Source of the DNA: Utricularia gibba
Lineage: Eukaryota; Plantae; Magnoliophyta
DNA length: 64,000 nt
Assembly: GCA_002189035.1 (NCBI GenBank)
Contig: NEEC01000020.1
Span: forward strand, 1,426,001 to 1,490,000
Direction of reading: 5' to 3'
The notes beneath the pieces were generated by a model. It did not search any database, had not been told where the DNA came from, and worked only from the letters and a program-made list of their open reading frames with translations. The position numbers and the translations under genes were made by a program. Shown here piece by piece: positions 1 through 13,642 of this stretch (the first letter of the stretch is position 1; every line of letters starts with the position of its first letter).

Positions 1-307
1 GTGTCTTAAAAAATTAAAAAAAATGATTTTTTTTTAAAGATATTGAATAGCAAATTAGCAAGTCATCTGACTCGGGAGCTGGACGGTTGAAATCACGGCA
101 ACGTGAAGTTCCACCGACGAAACAGTTCAAAATCAGATGCACTGATACCGATCCATGGCTGTAGCGAAGGACACCGTACTCCACTGACCATTGACCGAAG
201 CCTCCACTCCGGAGTCCACACCAGAAATCCCAACTTCCTTCTTCCAGAAGCCTTCTCTTTGTTAATGTCGATTTGGGTTTCTGTTGATCCCGCGCGTCGT
301 CGAGCAT

Positions 308-1446
308 ATGGATAGGGGCAAACCTCCGCGCCGGCGTCTCGATTCCTACACCGTTAGGCACATCAACAAGACTATCCACCGTGAGTCTGCCTGTTTTACA
401 CCTGCTGCTCCTATTGATGTAACGAGTTTTTGTTTGTTGTTTTCATGTCTCAGCTGGCGATTGCGTGTTGATGAGGCCTTCCGACGCGTCAAACCCGTCG
501 TACGTGGCGCGTGTGGAGAAAATCGAGGCGGACAGAAATGTTAAGGTCCATGTAAGGTGGTATTATCGGCCGGAGGAGTCGATTGGCGGCCGCCGCCAGT
601 TCCACGGCTCCAAGGAAGTTTTTCTCTCCGATCATTTTGACATCCAGAGCGCGGATACCATCGAGGGAAAATGCACAGTGCACTCTTTCAAATCCTACAC
701 TAAGCTTGATGCTGTTGGAAACGACGACTTTTTCTGTCGCTTTGAGTACAATTCCTCCACCGGTGCTTTCAATCCTGATAGAGTTGCAGTGTATGCATCT
801 TTCTTATCCTTCATCACTCTTCTGACTGATATGTTCAGTTTATCCAGTTGTTATTTCCTTCAACTTTGAATTTTTTCTGCTGCATTTGATGCTTTCATGA
901 GTTATCAGCTGATTTCAGATACTCCTTTGCGTGAGTTTTGAAGAGGCAACTTAGTTTATTTGAAGCTGGGGTGTTCGCTTAAATCTTTTTTTTATTGAAT
1001 GAATATTCAATATTGAATGCCTTCCTTTGAATACATTCTGATTTCAGGTACTGTAAGTGTGAAATGCCTTATAATCCTGATGATCTTATGGTTCAGTGCG
1101 AGGGATGTACTGAATGGTGAGCTTTACATCTTAGAATTAATCTGAATTTAATACTTGACACGAGTCTTTTCTTTTGTATGTACTTACTCACCTTCTAAAC
1201 TTGGGGATTCTGCCAGGTTTGATCTGGATAGCAAAGGTTTTGCTTCTCTATTGATCAAATTGGCAATCTAGAATTTGATTCAAATAGGATAACCGTAATA
1301 ACTTAGATGTGATCTCAGAAATAGATGTTTTTGGCTTCTTTTTCAGGTTTCATCCAACCTGCGTGGGTATGACTACAGAGGAAGCAGAAAGATTAGAACA
1401 CTTCTACTGTCATAGTTGCTCCTCTGAAGATCCAATTATTACATAA
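308..1446 (+). CDS. SHL: SHL-type BAH-PHD chromatin reader (SHORT LIFE/EBS family), 192 aa as read, C-terminal tail lost
   Basis: GT-AG exons 308-380, 454-790, 1048-1116 and 1347-1446 join in frame. The BAH motifs [28 protein letters not shown] and [22 protein letters not shown] are SHL-like rather than EBS-like. The PHD finger [28 protein letters not shown]...CHSC is complete. TAA at 1444-1446 comes before a relic donor at 1481. Confidence 0.9.
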
Positions 1447-1774
1447 TTGTCACCTTTGTTGCATTGATGCTGATTCCGAGGTAAATTCAACTGTGCATAA
1501 CTTGGGCCTCTAAACATGAGGGTTTGGTATTTTCAAGAATACCACTTGAAGATCACACGGGTGTTCTTTTTTTAGAATTGGGAAGTGCAAAGTTTGGCAT
1601 GCCAACTTGATTTTTTTAGTGATAATTCTTCATGCTAAATCACTCTTAATCTTCATGATCAGTATAAACTTTGAGTAGCTCTATATCCTGTGAAGCTACA
1701 ATGGGGCTAAGCTTGTTGCTCATAAATACTGTTTTGTGTTCATTTACACCTCCGTTTTGGCCATCTCCTGCCAG

Positions 1775-1834
1775 GAGGATGCAAAATGCGGTTGCAGGTG
1801 GCTGAACATGTATCTCGACAAATATCCAAGATGA
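1775..1834 (+). pseudogene. Relic terminal exon of the SHL gene (degenerate VDTKRRRR tail)
   Basis: After a CAG acceptor the sequence reads GAG GAT GCA AAA TGC GGT TGC AGG TGG. This aligns codon by codon with the usual SHL/EBS last exon V-D-T-K-R-R-R-R-stop. Confidence 0.55.
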
Positions 1835-4445
1835 GAACTTACTGGAGTACCTCCTAGTCCTCTTGTTTGCAGCGCTGTCCACTTCGCTTTAGGATCTTGT
1901 ATGGTTATGTGTGATCATGTGTTTGAGTCTTTTCCCTAACCCAGGGCCATCAGTCTGTATCATATAACCTGACTTCCATACTGTGTTGTAGCCTTCTTGG
2001 GTGCTGCGTCGTGGCGTTGTGCAGTTGAATTAATCTTTCTTTGCGCTCTTGCCATATAAAACAACACTCTCGCTGCATGACAGGCTTCAGTTCAGTACAC
2101 CATTTTTGTATGCTCATTCTGTCTTGCCGGAACAGTGTTTCATTTAGCGTAGACCTGGATTTCTGTAGCTCTGGACGAAGCTACTATTTCATGCCTTCAT
2201 CCTCTTATTTCATGACTACTGAAAGGAGGAAAGAAGATGCAGGAAGATTGCAAACGCTACTGATGGTGGAACGAGTAAAAAATTTGAGTTTAGAAGAAAG
2301 AATGAAACTATGCAAATATTTATTCATAGATATACTTTCGTTCATTCTTCTAGACTCATTTTTTTTAATCCTTTAATTACTTTTTTCAAGGAATCTCTTT
2401 GTCTCAATGAATATACGTTGAAGGCAGCACTATATTATTAATAAAATTACTTATCGAGACTGTTTGTTTTTTTTTTTTTTTTCATTTTAATAAGTTGTTA
2501 GAAGTAGTTTTGAATAAAAGTTTCAAGTGTCATCATCATGGGATCAATGTCTCTGTTCATAAGCCACAAGGCATTTGGTCTCAAGGGCACGTGTGTGTTG
2601 TTGGATGCTCGCAACAAGAGTTGTCTGTCACAGGATGGTTTAGAGGTTACTTTGGATATTTCAGATATTATAAGATAATTTTATCTTTTTCAATATAATA
2701 TTAAGATGATTTTTCCCAAATAATTTTTTTCATTCCAGTTTTAATATTTCTTATTTTTCAATATAATTCTTCCTCCCACAATCTTTTTCTAGTTTTGTTC
2801 AAATGAATGGGTGGTTAGTTTTTTGTTTTATGATTCTAACTTTAGTTATTTTTCTATTTTCTTTGAAATATTTTTGGGTTTGACATTTTACGATTAAATG
2901 TCATATTTGTTTTCCTTTCTGAATTAAAGAAGATGAAAGATGAATTCTATCTATTTGAATGAGAATTGAGAATTAGCAGGATGATAAACATGATTTTTGC
3001 AGTAAATTTTAAATAGAAAAAGATATGTTACATCGTAAAAATTAAGGTTTTAGCGGTAATTTCATATTTTAAGTAGTGATTGGTCGAATTTGAATTTCAT
3101 TTACAGACATGAACAAAATCAATAATTCAAACCTTGATGTAATGATTTCTTCTTAATTTTTGTGGCTAGATTACTAGATAATAAATTGAAACCACATCAA
3201 AGATCAAGAAAAACCATCTCTAGTTTAGAAAATGAAGCAACAGTCATCTGAAAAAGTAAGAAGAGGAGGGGATGAGGGTAAATGGGCAGGAAAAAAAAAA
3301 GGATTCACAGTCATACGGAGAAGAAAAAGAAAAAGAAGATTTTTAAAGGGGCAATGAGGCATGTTTTCTTCAGAGGAAGAGAATTTGTGGGAAGAAGAGA
3401 AAAAAAGAAGAAATGGGAAAGACATTTTCTATGGATAAAGAACCCAAATCTGATCAGAATCACTATTTATAGCAGATTCATGGAAAAAGAACAAATTGTT
3501 GATGCTTGTTTTTCTATTTCAAAGGAACGTTCTTTAACTTATTATTTATTTTCTGATTGCAAGATTGTTGCTATAAGAATGTTGTCCATGTATTTATATT
3601 AGCATGTTTCATCTACCTTTATAATGAGTACCTACATTAGAGTAATGCCTAGTGAAAATAGGGAAGGTGTGCTCATTAAATTCAAATTAATATTAACGAC
3701 ATTTATGTATTCTTTTCTTAATAAATCTAAGTAGAAAGAGAAATGATGAAAACACTTACCTTAGATATATTAACTTATGGTATACTAAGAGTTAAAAAGT
3801 GGTTAATAGATAAGGTTTTTGGATTGAGATCAATAGGATTTTAAACCTTGCAATATGTAGAGCTAACAATAGGGAGATTTAAAAAATCTTAGAAGACTTG
3901 AATAAAAAATTAAAAGGAAAGGATTTGGATATAATTGAATATTTTCATGATAGACTCTTGAGAGAATTAATATAAAAATTTTATTGAACACATTATCTTT
4001 GAAATCTTTATGTGACATTCTAATCTAAAAACATTGACAACTTACGAACATGAGGAGATTTACACCTTATAAAAAACCTATCCAAATCTACTCTCAATAA
4101 AATAAATCTTTTGCAGTCAAATTATGAAAAAAAAAAAATTAGGAACCACACTTCATAATAAGAATAAATTGGAAGTGATAATTGTTAGATATAACAAACT
4201 CAAAAACTTGATAAGTCAACAATATTTAAGTACTCAAAGAAAAGGAAATTTCTCATAAAATTTATGAAATAAACTAAATGTACTTCAAATAGTATATCTC
4301 AAAAGTATTTATACTCTAGAATTAGGGGTTAACATTATTTAACTTAAACCAAATAAAAAAAGGCTAACAAATCTAATAATAGACATAAAAAATGAAAAGA
4401 TATTTTGAGCTCTAAGATGGATCACACTTCAAGTAATTGAACTCT

Positions 4446-5846
4446 TGATAAACGGGAATTTCCTAATATCGTTGCAAATAAAAATAGAAAATCCGTATCA
4501 AATAAATTTATAATCCCTAATCTATACAAAATACAAATTTGGAAAACTTGTATAGTGGATATCGGGGTCGATCACGAAGAGCTTGTACTTGCTAAGTGTT
4601 TTAGTACATGAATAATTTCGGATAACAGTAGATCTTAGTCTAAGCTCGGACTAACAGTGGTAAACAAGTTCAGTGAACAAGGTAGGTAAGCAATATCAGG
4701 TTTCTACGCTAAGGTAACAGGTACTGGTTTTGACTCAAACTAATACGAGGACGCCTTAAGGATCTGCGGGTGGTGTCATACTAAGGTTTCTAACTTAATT
4801 TGCTATCTTACTACATTCACAACTTCGAATAACCTAGGTCTATCCAGGTCATTCATCATATTTTTGGCTTAAGCTAGTCACCAATATCATAACCAACATT
4901 GCAATTAGGTCTACCCACATGCAAGGCATATAGAATTAGGTCTACCCGGTTCTACTGGTTCTACCCTGGATTAACACCGATTGATCATGTCTTGGTTTGT
5001 TGGTCTACCTCTAAACCAAACATCTAAGTTGTGAAACTATTTGCTCCCCTCCTTAGGTCTACCCATGGTTTGTTAGGAACAATAGTTAAGGAAGACAACT
5101 AAATTTCATCATCAACCTAAACACATACCACCCACTTCTCCTTAAGGCATCCCTAAGACTCTAGCCACTCATGCTTTGGAAATAAAACACGATTTTATTC
5201 ATATAAGTTGGCCAAAATGACAGAAACATTGTAAACAAGTAAAATGCAGAAAGTCGAAATGTTCAGAAAACTAGAAAATAAATAAAGATTGTTCTTCCGC
5301 CCGTTAGCTACTGTTCACCGCCCGGAACAGTAGCACTAGACTGGGCTCCGGTGCTATTCTTGGTGATGAAGGCCTCCCTTCACCCTTCTGGTTGGTGTTT
5401 TTCCCGTTGGGGAAGAAGACCCCCTTGCGTCCCCCCGGTCGCTTCACTCTTCGCGCTCTCTCTTTTCCCGAATTAATTTCCTTTTCTTTTGCTTCACTCC
5501 ATTGCACTGTTTCTGACTACCAGTACTGTTCTTGACCGCCAGTACTGCTTCTGGTCTGAACTTGCAGACTGTGGTGGCAGTAGAACGATGCCCTTTGTCC
5601 TTCTCCGGATTTTGCGCCCTTTTTCGCTTGTTTTACACGCTTGCAAGTCTGATTTTTCGGCTCATCTCCCTGCTGAACTTACTGAAACATTAGTAACAAG
5701 GGTTGGATTTAGTCCACTTTTCAACATAATCACATAGGATTAACATAAACACCACTAAAGCATGAAAAACCACATTTATCTAACCTAAACCATAATAAAA
5801 TATAACTATTTTGCATTATGAATTTCAGGAAAAATGTGTGTCATCA
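4446..5846 (+). mobile_element. Solo LTR (TGATAA...TCATCA), Athila/Tat-like by motif, nested in the CRM LTR
   Basis: TG...CA termini and a perfect TSD ACTCT (4441-4445, 5847-5851). The 3' part aligns with 47900-48560 and the 5' part with 8096, 51185 and 61636. Confidence 0.85.
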
Positions 5847-5986
5847 ACTCTTTTGGTAGCAAGTCTTTAAACCCAACTTCTATCCTAATATTGTTAAGTA
5901 GAGACTTAAATTTAATTTTAATCTTCTTGTTCTTATTCTTTGTCATTGATCTAAGTAGAATAATGTTACTATCCAAAGTATTTGCT

Positions 5987-7297
5987 TGCTAAGTGTCATT
6001 TTCTAGTTATTTATTAGGTATTATTATGTATTAATCTAGTGCTAAGTTGCCCAATTTAGGATTTATATTGATAAATATTGTATTTCTTTAGAAAAATCAT
6101 ATTTTCCTATTTTGTATATATTTTATGTCTTTTTTCTCACACTTTGATCGAGACATGTCAGGAGATTGTCGTGGAGTGTTGCAGGAGTATTACAGGTGGT
6201 CAGAGTCTGACTTTTCGTGCTTTGTATGCGACTTGGAACAATTGTGGGCGGAAGACTGACACTAGTCAAGGCCCCTGACTTACGACATGTCAGAGTCTCC
6301 AAAAATGATTGAGTGCTAACTTGCATGTCTAAGGAAGGCTGTTGGTGCACGCAAGATAGAAAGAAAGATGAGAAGGGGATCCAAAGAAGTTAATGTACGT
6401 GGGGAGTGATATAAAAACCACTTGAAGCACTCAGTTTCGAACTTTTGCCATTTCCTTTCTAGATTTAGAACTTTTGAGTTCTTCCTCCCCTCCAAAAAAG
6501 AAGAACACTTAGCTTTCAATTTCCTTTCTGTTTTCATGGCCATTTCGGGCTAAAAACCTTTGGTTTCTGGGAAGTAAATGAAGTTTCTTTCTAAGTCCTG
6601 AGCAATGCACTCAGTTCTTCGCTGAATTCATTTCAAATTCTGCATACTTCCACGCGTCTTGTTGCAGTCTTTCTGTAACGATTCTTAGTCAAGGTCCATG
6701 AGTAGCAGGCCACTCCTCGCGGATTTTGGTGAAGATCAAGGTGAAGAGCACCAACTCCAACCCTACCGGTTCGAGGGAAGCAGCGGATTGTTTGTGGCCT
6801 AGGTACCACGACAGTGGACAGGTTGTGACGTCGGACCTGCCATTGGCCATTGGCAACAGCTGGGCACATGCACGCAGTTCGGTTTTGAAGGCAATCGAAG
6901 GCAATCCTCTTGTCTTCCTAATCGTCCATGGGGGAATCACATGAGGCTTTTCCCGTGCCTCCTTGTCAATCAGAGTGTAAGGGAGAGTAGTTTATTCCTT
7001 GCTCTTATAACCAGCTATTTGGAAGAAATCAATGAAAACCGAGGCAAGGACGGACAAAGGAAGGAGATGGAATCTTATTCCCAGGAACTGCGTCATGTAG
7101 TCAAGGCTCATCACTTAGGTTGTAACTTTTATTTCTGTATTTTAAAACACCCTTTTACAAAACCGTGAAATTTTGTGAAAGTTTCTTACAAACACTTTTC
7201 ACAAAAAACAATTCCCTGAGATCGATACTCGTACTACGCTTTTTGTGTTTTACGTTTTATAAATATTTAAAATTTGTTGAGGAACTGATATGCAACA
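5987..7297 (-). mobile_element. Solo LTR (TGTTGC...TTAGCA on the minus strand) nested in the CRM LTR
   Basis: Perfect TSD TTGCT (5982-5986, 7298-7302). A close homolog lies at about 54440-55650. The host LTR sequence resumes on both sides. Confidence 0.85.
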
Positions 7298-8095
7298 TTG
7301 CTTATACAACATCTTTATTATTCTTCAAATGTTTTTCATTATCTTGCTGAGATTCATCATCTCCTCCTTACGAAGATTCGATCCTGAATCTACATCCATT
7401 TTGAAAAGCGACAAATTAGCTACATTGAAAGTTGAATGAACATAATACTCACCTGATAAATCAAGCTTGTAAATATTATCATTCACACGTTCAAGAACTT
7501 GGAAAAGCCTATCTCCATGAGGAAGAAGTTTTGACTTCTTTTTGGTGGAAAACCTCTCGTTCCTAAGATGTAACCAAATTCAATCTCCGGGTTCAAACAC
7601 AACTTTGTATATATCCTTGTTTGCTATAGATGCATATTTTGCATTGGTGGACTCAATCTAGTGTTTCACCTTCTCATGCAAGCTTTCAATTGTTTGAACT
7701 CTTGTTTTTATCTACTGCTACTCTTGCATCACTAACAACATGCCGAAGAAAAGAGATACTATTTATGTAAAAGACACACTTCTTTATGTGAGCAAATAAT
7801 TTTTCTTTCCTAAGAGTATCTAAAACATACTTCAAATGACCATCAACACTTTTGCTATGAATCAGAATATCATTAAAAAACAAATCTACTTGTAAAGGGC
7901 CTAAAAACATGATTCATCAATCTCAGAAATGTGTTGAGAGCATTAGTCAAATAAAAAGAGATAAAAACCCACTCATACAAACCAAATTTGATTTTAAAAT
8001 CAATTTTAATAAAAACAAGCACCATGCAATTCATCAAGTATATCTTCAAATTTAGTGATATGATGTCTATATTTAATGGTGATATTGTTGATGAC

Positions 8096-9148
8096 TGATA
8101 AACAAAAAATTTAGCAATGTCGTCAAGATTGTAAATTCTTCTATCAAATAAATTTATAAACCTAATTCACATCTTATCATACATCAAATATGAGCATAGT
8201 GCAATAGGATTGAACACATGAAACTATGTGCTTGCTGTGCGGAAGTCAGGGCATTCAACTTGTGTCATGTTCAAGAGATTAACTCTAAGCTAAGAGTAAT
8301 GCAATAAGAAATAATAGATAGATTCAACTACTAATTAGAATAAGGTAATGCAATGTCTTCAACCTACCTCTAGTTAGGTTGCTTATGATGAACTTAACCA
8401 CTTCCTCCTCTTGGGCTACCTTGGTTTGATAAAGAAATAATATGATTATTGAGCTAATGCAGTCTAACAAACAATAATCTTGTACACCCCTTCTACACGA
8501 ATGCATTACGTGTATTTAGCTACTCATGCTTAAATAAAATGAAATATGCTCATAACATAGCAATTAAAACATGTTCATGTCGCAGTGCAACAACAAGGAA
8601 AGAAATATTAACAGAAATAGAAATCATAAATAGTTCACGCAGAAAGCTAAAACTATTCTCGACTAGGAATAGTGTTCCTGATAAACAAAAGAAAGTTCAG
8701 AGGTAAGCTTGGATCCTGGTTTCATCTTCTTCATTCTTCATGATTCTGCAACTCTTTCCTACTCCATCCCCTCCCCAAAATTGTGTAGCATGTTCTCTAA
8801 TGACGAGATAATTTTCTCTTTCTCATTATTCTTAAAATCTTTCTTTTCTTTCACTTTGGAATTTGGTATCTTCCATTTTCTGCTATTGCCCCCATTTCTC
8901 TGCCATCTCCACTGCACATTTTCTTCCATTTTTCTTCCCCCATTGCTCCTTGGGATTTGGTATTCTAAAACGTGCTACATTGCTCAAGAGAAAAATTTGA
9001 ACTAAGATGATTTAGTCCTAGTTAGGAATAAAAAACATAAACAATGCCATAAATCACAAAAATACAGAAATATACAACAAAATTCAAGTTTTATAACAAA
9101 ATATTAATTATTTTCTTGTCCTTAAATATTCAAAAATATGTGTTATCA
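8096..9148 (+). mobile_element. Solo LTR (TGATAA...TTATCA) nested in the CRM pol region
   Basis: It has the family start motif tatcaaataaatttataa...atgagcatagtg and the end motif aaaatatgtgttatca. The TSD is degenerate (ATGAC vs ATGGT). Confidence 0.65.
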
Positions 9149-10224
9149 ATGGTTCAGCAATCAGCGCACATATGCCAAGTTCCATCAGGTTTAGAAACCA
9201 ATAAAATTAGTATAGAGCAAGAGTTCATGCTTTCTTGTACAAAAGCTTTATACATCAATTCCTTCACTTGCACTTGTATTTCTTTAGTCTCCTATGGATT
9301 GCATGTTATGCTGATCGATTGGGGAGTTGTGCAGTAGATACAAGATCAATTTGGTGCTTAATCCCTCTTGTGAGAAACAATCTATGCATTTATTCTGGAA
9401 ATACATTTTGATATACATACAAAAGAGACACAATACAAGATGGATGAGCTGAGCGTTGTTAGGAAAAATCAAAACTTGTTTCTATTACATGAGTAGAAGC
9501 AATGACTATCTAACATGAAGGGAATACTTAATTTCACTTATCTAGTTAAGAGACTCTTTTTTGTTTTTCACTTTTCATCTCTCTCATGATTCTACTTTTT
9601 ATTTTTTCAATTATTCTCACCATTTTTTTCACTCAATTTCTTTCTACATCTGGTTTTCTCTCTACTCTTTTGAAACTTTTTTTTTACTCATTTTAACTCC
9701 ACTTCCTTTTTTTCTTTTCTGTACTTATCTCTCCTCCCTCAAGGACGAGCTCCTTTTGATTCCATGGGCATGTAATACTTTAGCATTACTCGGGATCCTC
9801 ACTTGATCTTCATGTGCCTCAGAAAATAATGGAGCTACTATAGTTGAACGTCCACTATGAGTAAAGAAATACTTGTTTTTGAAGCCATCATACAATGCTC
9901 TTTTATTATATTCCCAAGTCCTGCATAAAAGGATGTAGGTGCATGTATAGGGATAATATCATATAAGTTTTTTATCTTCATATCTTCCTATAGAAAATGC
10001 CACAAGTACTTTTTTGGTCATCTTTACCTTACTTTTTTCATTGAACCACTTTAAATCTTAAGGTTTAGGATGGCTGATGGTTGGTAGTTGCAATTTCTCC
10101 ATCAAGATGTTCACGGCAACATTAGTACAACTACCTCCATCAGTGATCAAGCCACAATTCACAAAGCAGCACGTTTGAAATAAATTTTCTCTTTACACAT
10201 CATTGTCCTTAACTTCAATATTAA

Positions 10225-13200
10225 GAATGTGTTGTGCACGCCTTTTGTAAGTTAATTTTACTTTTACAAGCATGAGAATGCAATTGTATCATAACACATT
10301 GTTCTTCTACTTTTTCCTTCTTTTAAAATTTCTCTTTTTCTTTCTCCATTTATTCTCTTTACGTTGGAATGAGATCCAAACCAACTTTTACATTCTCATT
10401 TTAACTTCTTATTAAAGGTAAGAGATAAAATTACCTTTATATCCATCATTTTTATTCATAAAAAAATAAAAACCCTAACGAGAGAAATTCATATCCTGAT
10501 CCCCAAATCATATCCTTGGTGCTACTTCAATTCTGAGTCTTCTAAGATTGATGCTATTTCTTGTTATTTTCTTACTTTCCTTTACTCAAGAAGAAGATCG
10601 TGTTTAGATTAAGTTGTTTCGAACTTGCTTATTTTCTCATATGATTTTCATATATTATCTTTCTAGTTTATACATTGTTTCCAAATTCAATGAATGTAAA
10701 AAATAAGTGGCTTGATCTCCGAGCTTTCTGGATGCTTTGGATAAGATTCAAGAATTGAAATAGAAACGGATGGGATTCAACCAAAAATACTATTCATGCT
10801 GATGACAAGTGGTGGATGGAAAGGATAGCAGTAAGGCCATGTTCTATATTTGAAGGAACATTTGTAGTTTCAACATTTTATTTTTAATCATACTTTCGTA
10901 TTTTGTATCTTAACATGAAAGAAGAGGATGATAATGAATTATGTTTTTCTTTAAATGTGCAGCAAATTATGTTTTTTTTATCTCTTTATTCCTCTTAAGA
11001 TATCAATGAGAAATTGATTATTTTAGTTTAACATCTTAACTTGATGCTTGAGATGTTTTTCTAATTGTAATTGATTTTTAGTTATTTTTTTGATATAATA
11101 TTTTAGGAAAATCCTGATGCTAAGAAGATCTGTGAAGGACCACCACCTTACAAGGAGTTACAAGAGCAATTATTTGATAGCATTATTGCATATGGTCAAA
11201 ATAGATTTACTCCAAGTTCAGGAATTCTACCACGTGAAATTGCTTATGCAGATATAGAAATCAATGAAGAAATAGGTTTGAACACTAAACTAACACCTTG
11301 TCTTGATGATTTATGTACTCCTCCAATGAAGCAGGCTTCCACACATTTAAACAAGGAGAGTGACAGTGGTTTGCAGCTTTTAAAACGAAAGAAAGCACGC
11401 TCCAGAAATAGTGATTCCATTGCCAAATCTATATGTCAAATTGCTGATTCCAATATTTACCACATTAATTTGAAGGAGAAGTTCACAATGGAGAAATGTG
11501 TTGAAGTTTTAGAATCAATGGACGGTATTGAGGAAGGAGATCCCTTGTGGTGCATTGCTCTATGTTTGTTCACCAAATGTGTTCATCATGAATTGTTTTT
11601 ATCTCTCAAGCATGATGCAGGTCGTATTTTATGGTTGAAGGATCATTTAGCAAGTTCCAAATCTTCTTTGGCATCAACACTTCCTTCAGAAGCCAGCTCA
11701 CTGCTCAAGTGAGATGTCCGTTGGATGTGTTACTGTTTTTATTACTTTTATGTTGTTTATATTCTTTTTTATAAGGCTCTGTGAACGAGAACTATGTGCA
11801 TGGTGTGTTGAATATATTCAACGAAATGCAATGCTGATCATATTTTTTCTATTCATTAATAATTTCAAAAATATTGTATATTCTCCAAACATCTACAAAA
11901 ACCATTTGCATGTGCCTTAGAAAAGAATTTAGTGAATATTGTATTTTTTTGGTAATCTACGATAGCTCATATGAGTAATCGAAACATCGAGTGCATTATT
12001 TTATTTTATTAATCAATGGCCAATATGAATATTATTGGGCATAGTGTCAATATTAATATTCATTATGTAATCTAACTTTTGAAATCTAAAACAATGAGAC
12101 TCGTGACTTTAATTTGGCAAGTAGCATTTGTTTTCAAATAAATTCTTTCTCTTTCCCAATATTTATTTAATTCATGCTCATTCGTTAGGATGATATAGCA
12201 ACAATGTCTTCCTCAAGTTTTTCAAGTGAAGCCTTAGATGATGCTTTTTCTACTAATTCAAATGAGGTCGATAATTTGCTCAAGTCCAATGTAGAGGTGA
12301 TTGGTATCTTAGTAGCTTATCATGAAAGGTACTTAGCAAAGCAGCTACTTAATAATAGAATAATAAGCGGATGGTCGTTGTTATTGGATATGCTTAATGG
12401 CCATGATTCACGAGCTTATCGGTTATTGCGCATGAACACTGGCACATTTTTGTAATTGTGTGCATTACTGGTCAATGAATATGGTTTGAAGTGACGAAAG
12501 TATGTGGTTGTGGAAGAGGAGGTGGCCATCTTCCTCAAAGCTGTAGGGCATCGAGAATCTAATAGAAGTCTTCAAGAATTTTTCCAGTGTGGTGCTGATA
12601 CTATCCATAAGTCTTTTAAGAATGTTCTCAATGCTTGTGTTCGAATGTCCATGGAGTGGGTGAAGCCGCCTTTAGAATATCCTATTGTTGATCCTTACGT
12701 TTCAAGATTCTAAGTACTATCCTTTTTTCAAAGATTGCATTGATGCAATCGATGACACACAGATTTGGGCTTCAGTTCTAGCTGAAGACCGTGTTCGGTT
12801 TATTGGGCATAAAGGGGAGCCAACTCAAAATATCCTTGCTTTTTGTGATTTCAATATGTGCTTTGTCTTTGCTATGGCTGGATATGAAGGGATAAGTTAT
12901 GATAGCAAAATACCATTTCGAAAGTAAGTTCACCTAGTGTTTGCTACAATGGCAATACACAACTTTCTATGACAAGTCGATGTAGAAGATGATGGTGCAC
13001 GTTTCGATGAGTATAAAAAAAAAAACTTCCACTACCTATGATAGAGGAGCAAAATGATGAAGCCCCTAACGAGACTCCAATGGACCAAAAAAGAAGCTCT
13101 ATTTGCAATGAGTTATGGCAAACATATCAAGGTAATCATTCCTCTAGAAGATGCACCTAAATAACAATGAGATGTCAATTAATATATCATATGAGCATAT

Positions 13201-13642
13201 TTTATTTTTATGATGTATTTGTCGTTGTTTATGTATTTGTTATGACATTTGTGTTCATTTCACTTTCAAACTTTCCTTTATTGAAAATTTCATATTTAGT
13301 GAAATTTAAGATAAGAAGGATTGAAACTTTGAACTTATAAATATAATTTAAAATCTTCATCATATGGAAAAATAAAGTAATCATAAACAACAATCATGTG
13401 CCCTATTATAATTATTTGGATGTAACTATAACCCTAAACCAAAAGATCACTTTCATAAAACATATTTTATTATTAGGTCAAAAATGTCATTTACATTGTT
13501 ATTAAATTTGCATTCTCTTTACCAAACAGAGCATGTTATATATGCATTTTACTTCTTAAAATAAGAAAGAGAATGTATTTTTATAACTTCTCATTCTAAA
13601 AAGAATGAAAATGAAAAATGAGAAGGAGATTAGAACACCCTC
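10225..13642 (+). mobile_element. Degenerate PIF/Harbinger DNA transposon (Myb/SANT ORF plus HARBI1-like transposase) inserted in CRM gag
   Basis: TSD TAA (10222-10224, 13643-13645) with degenerate TIRs (GA..GTGTT). Removing the element restores the gag frame RRTL/NIEVKDNDV. Myb/SANT exons at about 10690-11712 (NKW..GWDSTKNTIHADDKWW). Transposase at 12204-13160 (YYPFFKDCIDAIDDT, FCDFNMCF) contains stops. Confidence 0.85.

Noticed and set aside
2041-2376. ORF with superficial similarity to the animal PEN-2 N-terminus or a Harbinger ORF tail
   Set aside because: The similarity is short, there is no supporting gene structure, and it does not resemble plant PEN-2 as I recall it.
6633-6944. Overlapping 72-83 aa ORFs also open in the copy at 54971-55297
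   Set aside because: Explained by sequence identity between two LTR copies in a GC-richer segment; there are no protein motifs.
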